Below, piece after piece: positions 1 through 7,503 of a stretch of 14,029 bases of DNA. Numbering within the stretch: position 1 is the first letter of the stretch; each line of letters opens with the position of its first letter. A program made the translations under genes and the position numbers. The stretch covers positions 1 through 14,029 of the forward strand of contig JBDRWI010000060.1 in the NCBI GenBank assembly GCA_039802265.1. Direction: 5' to 3'. The stretch comes from a candidate division WOR-3 bacterium (GTDB taxonomy: Bacteria > Hydrothermota > Tepidihabitantia > SM23-42 > JAOAFX01). The notes beneath the pieces are model-generated. The model saw only the letters and a program-made list of their open reading frames with translations. It had not been told where the DNA came from and ran no database searches.

Positions 1-310
1 AATCAGGACCCAGGACTATATCAACATAAGGAAATTTATTGACAATTTCATTCGCCAGACGCCTTGCCATACAGCCAACCACCCCCAGAGCCGAGCCCTT
101 CTCTTTCCGCCAACGCTTCAGGGACGAGATATAACCAAATGCTCTTTTTTCCGCATGTTCACGTACTGAACAGGTATTAACAACGACAATATCCGCTGCA
201 TCTGGGCTCTGGATGGGACTATAATCTCCTTTTCTGAGGACCTCAAAGATTACATCCGAGTCCTTCTTATTCATCTGACAACCAAATGTCTTGATAAAGA
301 ATTTCTTCAA
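1..310 (-). CDS. miaB: tRNA (N6-isopentenyl adenosine(37)-C2)-methylthiotransferase MiaB, N-terminal part (runs off the left edge; missing from the ORF track)
   Basis: Manual translation from TTG at 310 (alternative in-frame TTG at 322, bounded by TGA at 325-323): KKFFIKTFGCQMNKKDSDVI...ADIVVVNTCSVREHAEKRA...VVGCMARR...FPYVDIVLGPD. These are the MiaB UPF0004-domain motifs GCQMN, NTCSVRE.AE and GCMA. Confidence 0.9.
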   Translation of the reverse strand, partial: MKKFFIKTFGCQMNKKDSDVIFEVLRKGDYSPIQSPDAADIVVVNTCSVREHAEKRAFGYISSLKRWRKEKGSALGVVGCMARRLANEIVNKFPYVDIVLGPD

Positions 311-349
311 TTTTTCAACCAATCAATGAATTAAACGATTCAAATCAAT

Positions 350-1507
350 TCACCGAACGACCTCGCCTTGAGTCAATTCCTTTTCTACTTTAACTATCCT
401 CAGCGAAACGAGTTCTCTCTCCTGACGGGTTTCACTTATTCTCACCCGCACATAATTATCGGTCAATCCAATTGTATTGCCATTCTTCTTCTCTACAATT
501 GCCCCATATACCTTCCCCAACATTTCTCTACGAAATTCGAAATTCTTCTCTTTAATGAGTTCTTTCAGTAACCATAACCGTTTTTTCTTTTCCAGGATTG
601 AAACTGGATCCCCCAGAGTATATGCCTCGGTAACTTGCCTTAGTGAATAAGGAAATATATGAAGGTGGGTAAAAGGATTTTCTTTTATTAGTTTGAGTGT
701 ATTATTAAATGCATCATTATCCTCATTCGGAAATCCAACAATCACGTCGCCACTGAGAGCAAAACCCTTGAAATTGGCAGCAATCAGATCAAAAATCTCA
801 ATTAGATGACGATGGTTATATCCACGCCTCATTATTGCCAGAACTCTATCATCCCCGCTCTGAATTGGAATATGGAAATGGCGACAGAATGGCAAATCCT
901 TTAAACACTCAATAAACTCAGCGTTAATAAACCTTGGTTCAATGGACGAGAGCCGTATCCGGGGCAAATCAGGAAGATTAGCTAACGTCCTCAGCAACTC
1001 AATGAGTGAAGAGCTTATATCGATCCCGTACAACCCGATATTTGCACCCACCAGCACAATCTCATTAAAACCTAAGGACCTTGCCCAGGCAATCTCTTCT
1101 TTTATTACTGAAAAAGGCTTACTCTCTATCCTCTTTCTTAACTTTGGTACTACACAAAAAGAGCACGGCTCATTACAACCGTCCTCAATCTTTAAGAAAT
1201 ACCTTGCCCTCTGGGGATTAGGAAAGATTCCCCTTATAATTTCATTCCTCTGAATATTATCAATGATCTCATCAGCCTGTGAAAACGATTCGCTCTTTAA
1301 TTGACAGGCACAGCCAGTGGCAACTATCTTATAGCCCGGGAATTTTCTTATCGCCGCGCGTAATCTCTTTTTTGATTTTATCTCCGCCTCTCTTGTAACA
1401 CAACAGGTATTTACAATTACTATGTTTTTTTGATTTGAAAACTTCTCAAGAAGACAGATACCCTCGTATTGATTCAATTTACAGCCGAGATTATAAAGAA
1501 TTGGCAA
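350..1507 (-). CDS. mtaB: Radical SAM methylthiotransferase, MtaB-like (tRNA t6A37 methylthiotransferase)
   Basis: LGCKLNQYE, NTCCVT and TGC motifs; LKIEDGCNEPCSFC (CxxxCxxC); RIRLSSIEP; HFHIPIQSGDD; HLHIFPYS; GLTDNYVRV in a TRAM-like tail. TTG start preceded by GAGGT. Confidence 0.85.
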   Translation of the reverse strand: MPILYNLGCKLNQYEGICLLEKFSNQKNIVIVNTCCVTREAEIKSKKRLRAAIRKFPGYKIVATGCACQLKSESFSQADEIIDNIQRNEIIRGIFPNPQRARYFLKIEDGCNEPCSFCVVPKLRKRIESKPFSVIKEEIAWARSLGFNEIVLVGANIGLYGIDISSSLIELLRTLANLPDLPRIRLSSIEPRFINAEFIECLKDLPFCRHFHIPIQSGDDRVLAIMRRGYNHRHLIEIFDLIAANFKGFALSGDVIVGFPNEDNDAFNNTLKLIKENPFTHLHIFPYSLRQVTEAYTLGDPVSILEKKKRLWLLKELIKEKNFEFRREMLGKVYGAIVEKKNGNTIGLTDNYVRVRISETRQERELVSLRIVKVEKELTQGEVVR

Positions 1508-1589
1508 GTTTACCTCAGCAGAATAATAGACCTACGGGGTCTTTTCCCTTGGTAAGAATGGGAAATTGGTAGATTAATTCTTAATAATT

Positions 1590-3266
1590 CTAATCTTTTT
1601 TCTCGGTAGATTCTTCAGATTCTGCCTTTTGCACCTTGATAATTTCACCGAGCGGGAATTTATCCGGCGCCGGTTTCCAATCCTCTTTTTTCTTCACTGC
1701 TGGTTTGAATTCTTTTTCAGAAAGGATTATCCGTCGCAACTTGGTATTGTACTTCTTGACCGTCAACTCAATCTCTTCTCCTATGTTATAAAGGTCCTTC
1801 AACTTCTTCCCGCGCCGCTCAAGGTATTTCAAGGGAATAAACTCCTCAAGCCCACCTTCAAGGGTTACCCTCAACCCTTTTGGCACTACATCACTAACCT
1901 TTCCTGTAACCTTTGAATCCTCAGGATATTTCTCCATAAATTTTACAAACGGATCTTCCTGTAGATGTTTTATACTCAATGATATCTTACGATTCTTTCG
2001 GTCAATTGCCCTAATGACCGCCTCAACCTTCTGTCCTTTCTTTAGATAGTCAGATGCCTTCTTTACCTTCTTTTCCCAGAAGAAGTCGTTGACATGAATC
2101 AATCCATCTATACCGTCAGGCAACCTTACAAATGCACCAAAGTCTTTTAAATTCGTCACCTTAACCGTCACCTTCTGACCGATCTGATAATTCTCATCTA
2201 CCACCGACCAGGGGTCGGGCTGGGTCTGTTTCATTCCTAAATAAATCTTCCTTTCATCTTTGTCTACCGATAGGACAATTGCCTCAACCACATCACCTAA
2301 ATCCACCACTTCTTTAGGCTCCTTAATATCTTTAGACCAGGACATTTCAGAAATATGGACAAAACCTTCCACGTCCTTTTCCAGTTCCACAAATGCACCA
2401 TTATCAGTAAGTTTTACGACCTTACCCTTAACCCTGGTTCCTGATGGATATTTCTTTTCGATCGCCTCCCACGGATGGGGCTGTAACTGTTTTAAACCAA
2501 CCGCAATTCGCCCTGTTGCCTTGTCCATTGATAAAACCTTTACATTTATCCGATCGTTTACCTTTACGATTTCTCCCGGATGGGTTAACTTTGTCCAGGA
2601 CATATCACTGATATGCAATAGCGCATCAACACCACCGATATCAACAAATGCCCCATAGTCAGTGAGATTTCGCACCGTACCACTAATAACATCTCCAACC
2701 TTAATCTTGCTGAAGATCCTCTTTCTATTCTCCTCCTGTTCTGCCTCAACTGCGAGTTTTCGTGAGACTACGATATTTTTACGGGCAATATTTATCTTAA
2801 CTATCTTAACCCCTATTGTCTCGCCAATAACTGAATCCGGATTCGTCTGGGGTCGCAACTCAATCTGTGAACTGGGTAAGAAGGCATCAACACCTAATAA
2901 ATCTACGGTGAATCCGCCCTTTATCCTCTTTCTTATTGTAGCCCGTTCAATCTCTCCATTCTCGTAAAGTCTTTTAATCTTATCCCAAGCAAGTTGAAAA
3001 TCAGCCTTCTTCTTGGAAATAACCGGAAACCCTTCGCGATTTTCAAACGCCTCAAGGAAGACATATACCTCCTTACCTTCGACTGCCTCATCCGGCGAGG
3101 CAAATTCCTCAAAGGGAAGGAATCCTTCAGCCTTCAATCCAAGATTTAAAAGCACACCATTTTTTGTGCGCTTTACTATCGTCGCCTTTATTATTTCACC
3201 CTCTTTATAAGTAACATAATGCCTCTGCAATAAATTTTTGAGCTCTTCTTCAGAATAATTTTTCAT
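1590..3266 (-). CDS. rpsA: 30S ribosomal protein S1 (six S1 domains)
   Basis: 558 aa with repeated S1 motifs (DYGAFVDIGGVDALLHISDMSW, GAFVELEKDVEGFVHISEMSW, FGAFVRLPDGIDGLIHV). SD AAGGAGG upstream. Confidence 0.97.
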   Translation of the reverse strand: MKNYSEEELKNLLQRHYVTYKEGEIIKATIVKRTKNGVLLNLGLKAEGFLPFEEFASPDEAVEGKEVYVFLEAFENREGFPVISKKKADFQLAWDKIKRLYENGEIERATIRKRIKGGFTVDLLGVDAFLPSSQIELRPQTNPDSVIGETIGVKIVKINIARKNIVVSRKLAVEAEQEENRKRIFSKIKVGDVISGTVRNLTDYGAFVDIGGVDALLHISDMSWTKLTHPGEIVKVNDRINVKVLSMDKATGRIAVGLKQLQPHPWEAIEKKYPSGTRVKGKVVKLTDNGAFVELEKDVEGFVHISEMSWSKDIKEPKEVVDLGDVVEAIVLSVDKDERKIYLGMKQTQPDPWSVVDENYQIGQKVTVKVTNLKDFGAFVRLPDGIDGLIHVNDFFWEKKVKKASDYLKKGQKVEAVIRAIDRKNRKISLSIKHLQEDPFVKFMEKYPEDSKVTGKVSDVVPKGLRVTLEGGLEEFIPLKYLERRGKKLKDLYNIGEEIELTVKKYNTKLRRIILSEKEFKPAVKKKEDWKPAPDKFPLGEIIKVQKAESEESTEKKD

Positions 3267-3307
3267 TCAATAAATCCTCCTTGAAATGGTTTTGCCATTT
3301 CGCATAT

Positions 3308-3336
3308 ATTATAACTAAATCCACTGTGTTTGTCAA
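3308..3336 (-). promoter_or_regulatory. sigma70-type promoter of rpsA, perfect consensus
   Basis: Minus strand TTGACA (3336-3331), 17-bp spacer, TATAAT (3313-3308). Confidence 0.85.
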
Positions 3337-3340
3337 GGAT

Positions 3341-3368
3341 TTGACTTTTTTTAAATTCTGATTATAAT
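3341..3368 (+). promoter_or_regulatory. sigma70-type promoter of the cyclophilin/epimerase/glycosyltransferase run
   Basis: TTGACT (3341-3346), 16-bp spacer, TATAAT (3363-3368), followed by SD GGGAGG and ATG at 3390. Confidence 0.7.
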
Positions 3369-3389
3369 TACATTCCTTAGGGAGGAAAA

Positions 3390-3935
3390 ATGAAGAGGCT
3401 ATTATTTTTATGTTTAATTTTGCTTGCCTGCGGTCTGCAGAAAAAAGACCAAGGGCAAAAGAAATTCCCCTATCTCCATATTTCGGTTAAGGAGTATGGG
3501 GAGATTGTTATCAGATTATTTAATGAAGAGGCGCCAAAGAATGTTAAAAATATAATCGACCTAGCAAACAAAGGCTTCTATAATGGACTGAAGTTTCATC
3601 GGGTAATAAAGGGATTTGTAATTCAGGGTGGCTGTCCCAGGGGTGATGGCACCGGAGACCCGGGCTATGAGATTGAAGATGAAATATCACCCAAATTGAA
3701 ACACCTGAAAGGAACTGTGGCGATGGCAAATCGCGGTCCAAACACCAACGGTTCTCAATTTTATATCTGCCTTGAGGCACAGCCCAGGCTTGATGGTCGA
3801 TACACCATAATCGGTGAGGTGGTCAAGGGAATGGAGGTGGTGGAAAAAATCGGTGAAGTTCCCACATCCGGACCACCAATGGACCGACCATTGAATGATG
3901 TCATAATGGTAAGGGTCTGGATTGAAGAAAATTAG
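3390..3935 (+). CDS. Cyclophilin-type peptidyl-prolyl cis-trans isomerase, predicted lipoprotein
   Basis: FYNGLKFHRVIKGFVIQGGCP, GTVAMANRGPNTNGSQFYI, GEVVKGMEVV. N-terminus MKRLLFLCLILLAC has a lipobox (LLAC). Confidence 0.95.
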   Translation: MKRLLFLCLILLACGLQKKDQGQKKFPYLHISVKEYGEIVIRLFNEEAPKNVKNIIDLANKGFYNGLKFHRVIKGFVIQGGCPRGDGTGDPGYEIEDEISPKLKHLKGTVAMANRGPNTNGSQFYICLEAQPRLDGRYTIIGEVVKGMEVVEKIGEVPTSGPPMDRPLNDVIMVRVWIEEN

Positions 3936-3952
3936 TTTAATTGGGAGGTCTT

Positions 3953-4975
3953 ATGCCTGAATTCTGGTCAAACAAAAAAGTTCTGGTCACCGGAGGGGCG
4001 TCGTTTATCGGTTCCCATCTTGTTGATGCCCTCTTAAACAAGGGGGCAAAGGTAAGAATAGTTGATGACTTAAGTAGCGGGAAATTAGAAAATATTCAGG
4101 GGCATATTGACAAAAAAAGGGTAGAGTTTATAAAGGCCGACCTGCGCGAGCCAAATGTTACCAGGGATGCAATGAAAGGAATTGAGATTGTCTTCCATTT
4201 GGCTGCTGACCATGGGGGCAGGGGATATGTTGACCTCCATCAGGCCGGTCCCGCTACCAATCTCTTCCTTGATGGACTCGTCTTTTATGAGGCTAAAAGG
4301 GCAAATGTAGATAAGATCGTGTTCGCCTCAAGTGGTTGTGTCTATCCCAATTATCTCCAGTCAGATATCAATAAAGAGATATTCCTCACTGAAGACCTGG
4401 TAAAGCCACCCTATGATGCAGATAATATGTACGGATGGGCAAAACTGATGGCAGAATTAACCCTCAAGGCATATCATAAAGAATACGGTATAAAGACCGC
4501 CTCCTGTCGGTATTTCACGGTCTATGGACCAAGGGGGGTAGAAAACCATGCAGTAATTGCCATGATTGCCCGAGCATTCGTAAAGCAGGACCCATTTGAG
4601 GTATGGGGTGATGGAAATCAGATTCGCAACTGGACATACATTGATGACATTGTGCGTGGAACGATTCTTGCGGCAGAGAAAATAGAAGATGGAACCGCGG
4701 TAAACTTAGGTACTATGGAAAGGATAAAGGTAATTGATGCAGTAAAGGAGGTATTGCGTTATACAAAACATAACCCCAAGATTGTCTTCAGAACCGATAT
4801 GCCGGTTGGCCCGCTAAATCGGGTTGCCGACAATTCACTGGCAAAAAAACTCTTAAACTGGGAACCGCAGGTAAAATTTATGGACGGACTCCACCGGACA
4901 ATTGACTGGTATTTTTCAACGAAAGATGTAAAACAGGTAAAGGAAATCCTGAATAGAATGCTTACGGAACGATGA
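3953..4975 (+). CDS. NAD-dependent nucleotide-sugar epimerase/dehydratase (extended SDR), GDP-mannose-3,5-epimerase-like
   Basis: VTGGASFIGSH Rossmann motif, HLAADHGGRGY, ASSGCVYP, YGWAK (YxxxK), VWGDGNQIRNWTYIDD. ATG at 3953 is preferred over TTG at 3941 because GGAGG lies just upstream of it. Confidence 0.9.
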   Translation: MPEFWSNKKVLVTGGASFIGSHLVDALLNKGAKVRIVDDLSSGKLENIQGHIDKKRVEFIKADLREPNVTRDAMKGIEIVFHLAADHGGRGYVDLHQAGPATNLFLDGLVFYEAKRANVDKIVFASSGCVYPNYLQSDINKEIFLTEDLVKPPYDADNMYGWAKLMAELTLKAYHKEYGIKTASCRYFTVYGPRGVENHAVIAMIARAFVKQDPFEVWGDGNQIRNWTYIDDIVRGTILAAEKIEDGTAVNLGTMERIKVIDAVKEVLRYTKHNPKIVFRTDMPVGPLNRVADNSLAKKLLNWEPQVKFMDGLHRTIDWYFSTKDVKQVKEILNRMLTER

Positions 4976-4981
4976 TTCAAG

Positions 4982-6127
4982 ATGTACCGGATTGCCATAT
5001 TGATTAGTTCCCGAAAAGGGGGGCATAAATTTCCGGCTGAGGCGATTGCCCGTTTTATCTCAAGTCATTATAAAGATGTTGAAATAAAACTATATAATCT
5101 CCTTGATATTATCCCACTGGCAAACTTCCTTGATAAAATCGGACGCTGGGGAGATTTGAATCTGCGCGCATTCTGGCGTACTGGCTATTCACAACTTTCT
5201 AAGGGAAATCCATTATATGCCAGTCTATTCAAATACTTTATTGCCACTATATTTGCTAATAAAAGCTCTGAAAGAAAAATAAAAAATAAAATTGGCAGGA
5301 TTGACCTCATCCTCTCTTTTCAGCCTGAAGTGAATGTAATTGGCAAATGGTTAAAGCGGTGGTTTGGGGTTCCACTTTATACAATGATTATGGACTATTC
5401 ATCCCATATCGGCTGGTCTGATGAATCAGTTGACCACTACTATGTGGTCAACGAAATTGTTCATAAACAACTGATTGAATATGATGTTCCTGAGGAAAAG
5501 ATAGAAATATCCGGTGCGCCACCACAGTCCGGTTTTGAGGAGATGCTGAAGACTCCTATCCCCTTACAGCGGAAAAAATTGAATTTAGTGGAAGACCTCC
5601 CGACCGTCTTGGTAATGGCTGGCTATCTGGGTAAGATGGTTGACTATGAGGGAATAATCAAGGCACTCAGTGGTTGCAAGAAAAGAATTCAGATACTTGT
5701 TGTTGTGGGAAGAAACTATCCGCTTTACCAAAAGTTGCAGGAATTGAAGATACCCGATGTACATCCTTTTTACAATGTCCCGAGTATCCATGAGGTAATG
5801 TGGCCCGCAGACCTCGTCATTAGCAAGCCTGGGGGAATGGTAATTGCCGACGCCCTGTCACTGGGTAAACCGATGGTCCTCATTGACCCGAAGGCCGGCT
5901 CATTACAGGAAAGGATATTTGCTGAACATATTGAAAAACAGGGAGCAGGTATCCATCTACGATCAGCAAGCGAAGTAAAAGAGACAATAGAAAGGCTCTT
6001 TGAAGAGCCGGCTCTTTTAAAAAAAATGTCCGATATCGCACTAAATTTAGGACTAAAAAACCGCCAGGCAGCGGAAAGAATTGCGCAGGGTGTTGTGGAT
6101 AAGATCAGAGCGAAGAGACGCATTTAA
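4982..6127 (+). CDS. GT28 family glycosyltransferase, MGDG synthase / UgtP-like (probable diacylglycerol glycosyltransferase)
   Basis: N-terminal SRKGGHKFPAEAI (GxGH-type), MDYSSHIGW, GVPLYT, VVVGRN, DLVISKPGG, and QE motif near the C-terminus. Confidence 0.8.
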   Translation: MYRIAILISSRKGGHKFPAEAIARFISSHYKDVEIKLYNLLDIIPLANFLDKIGRWGDLNLRAFWRTGYSQLSKGNPLYASLFKYFIATIFANKSSERKIKNKIGRIDLILSFQPEVNVIGKWLKRWFGVPLYTMIMDYSSHIGWSDESVDHYYVVNEIVHKQLIEYDVPEEKIEISGAPPQSGFEEMLKTPIPLQRKKLNLVEDLPTVLVMAGYLGKMVDYEGIIKALSGCKKRIQILVVVGRNYPLYQKLQELKIPDVHPFYNVPSIHEVMWPADLVISKPGGMVIADALSLGKPMVLIDPKAGSLQERIFAEHIEKQGAGIHLRSASEVKETIERLFEEPALLKKMSDIALNLGLKNRQAAERIAQGVVDKIRAKRRI

Positions 6128-6172
6128 ACCATCCAGAATTCTTTTAAGTCTAATAAGACAGAAGGAGGCAAG

Positions 6173-6607
6173 ATGAAGGCGAAGGTCTTATTATTAAGTC
6201 TCTTTTTGATTTTAATGGGTCTGAGTTATGGACAACCACCAGAAATGGAAGAAAATCCACCCGAAGATTTTCTGCAAAAACTCAATTTGAGCCCTGAGCA
6301 AAGAACGAAGATTGAAGATATAAAAACCGAGACAAGGAAGATTGTAATTCCCTTAAGGTCCCAGATTGAACTGAGTGAGATTGAACTGCAGCAGGAATTC
6401 AAGAAAGAAAAGCCCGACCGTGATAAGATAATGAAAACCGCCAAGAAAATTCATGAATTGAAATGGCAGATTGAAGAGGCAAATATTGATGAGCGATTGA
6501 AGATTCATTCCATACTCACCCCCGAGCAGATTGAAAAACTAAAGAACGAAAGGTTTCTCAATAGAAATTTAATAGCGCCAAGGCATTTCTGGAAGAGAAA
6601 AGATTAG
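6173..6607 (+). CDS. Spy/CpxP family (LTxxQ) periplasmic protein / heavy-metal-sensor-like chaperone
   Basis: Signal peptide MKAKVLLLSLFLILMGLSYG, two LTxxQ-like motifs (LNLSPEQ, ILTPEQ), helical charged core, SD AAGGAGG. Confidence 0.85.
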   Translation: MKAKVLLLSLFLILMGLSYGQPPEMEENPPEDFLQKLNLSPEQRTKIEDIKTETRKIVIPLRSQIELSEIELQQEFKKEKPDRDKIMKTAKKIHELKWQIEEANIDERLKIHSILTPEQIEKLKNERFLNRNLIAPRHFWKRKD

Positions 6608-6617
6608 GTTACAAAGT

Positions 6618-6667
6618 TTTCCTTCCTCCTCTCCCCCGATACCTTTGGGGAGAGGGTGCGAAGGAAA
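6618..6667. terminator. Long hairpin between convergent genes; probable bidirectional terminator, REP-like
   Basis: Outer stem TTTCCTTC (6618-6625) / GAAGGAAA (6660-6667); inner stem TCCTCTCCCC (6627-6636) / GGGGAGAGGG (6647-6656). Confidence 0.65.
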
Positions 6668-6675
6668 TTACCACA

Positions 6676-7503
6676 CTAAAAACAATACACAATCCCAAAC
6701 TCTATCTGTTCATTCTTTAAATCAATTCCGGTTTTTGTTTTTAATCCCTTATTATATCTTTCAACCGATGATGGCACACTGATGATATCATATATGTCAT
6801 AAGCCAGTATACCAACAATACCAAGACAGGTAGGTATAGAAGAGATAAAAAATCCCTCATAATCTTCTATGTCGTCTATAAGTATTTGCCCTAAAATTGA
6901 TGAGGCAAGGCAGCCAGCACACCCAATTCCCAATCGCTGTCCAATGCCCTTTAAACCACGCCTCCACTGCTGGGTATAAAAATGGCCGGCAGCAGGACCA
7001 ATTATTGGAGCGCCAACAATCCAGGTCCACCCTAAATATGTTGTCCATTCAGCCGGTGGTTTATCGTAACGCACCAGAAGAAATCCAATAGTAGAAGGAA
7101 TAATAGTGGCACCTATCGACCAGCATACTGCTATTGTCTTAGATTTATAAGTTTTCTTTTGGGGAATCACCGAATCCTTTGAGGCAATTATCTTCTCGTA
7201 ATTATCAAGGTAATCTTTTAGTCTTGTTATCTCCTTTTTACCCTGCCTTATTCTCAATTCATGCTCTTCGCCTTCTTTCTCATAAATCACCTTTATTACA
7301 TAAGAACTGTCCGGAAGTTCTAAAAAAACTGCTGATTTAAAATTCTTTACCCCGGGCAGGAGATTAAAATATATTCGTTCTTCCGGGTCAAGCACCTCAC
7401 CGATTCTCTCGCTTATTACAAACAGACATTCCTGATTATCATTACTGGCATATAGTCCAATCAAAAACACTAACCAAAAAATCTTTCCAGTAGTTTGAAT
7501 CAA
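6676..7503 (-). CDS. Hypothetical membrane/exported protein
   Basis: 275-aa ORF whose TTG start overlaps the uvrA stop. Hydrophobic N-terminus, soluble domain ([21 protein letters not shown]), several Gly-rich hydrophobic segments (GPAAGHFY), C-terminal aromatic residue (FGIVYCF). Confidence 0.75.
   Translation of the reverse strand: MIQTTGKIFWLVFLIGLYASNDNQECLFVISERIGEVLDPEERIYFNLLPGVKNFKSAVFLELPDSSYVIKVIYEKEGEEHELRIRQGKKEITRLKDYLDNYEKIIASKDSVIPQKKTYKSKTIAVCWSIGATIIPSTIGFLLVRYDKPPAEWTTYLGWTWIVGAPIIGPAAGHFYTQQWRRGLKGIGQRLGIGCAGCLASSILGQILIDDIEDYEGFFISSIPTCLGIVGILAYDIYDIISVPSSVERYNKGLKTKTGIDLKNEQIEFGIVYCF

Noticed and set aside
368..3210. Plus-strand ORFs 368-571, 942-1253, 1629-1916, 2260-2658, 2662-2967, 3013-3210
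   Set aside because: Antisense shadows of mtaB and rpsA with no recognisable motifs or RBS.
3941..3952. TTG start for the epimerase as given in the ORF track
   Set aside because: This stretch contains the SD (GGAGG) for the ATG at 3953.
3544..6444. Minus-strand ORFs 3544-3780, 4759-4998, 5585-5791, 5770-6123, 6226-6444
   Set aside because: Antisense to well-supported genes, with no independent evidence.
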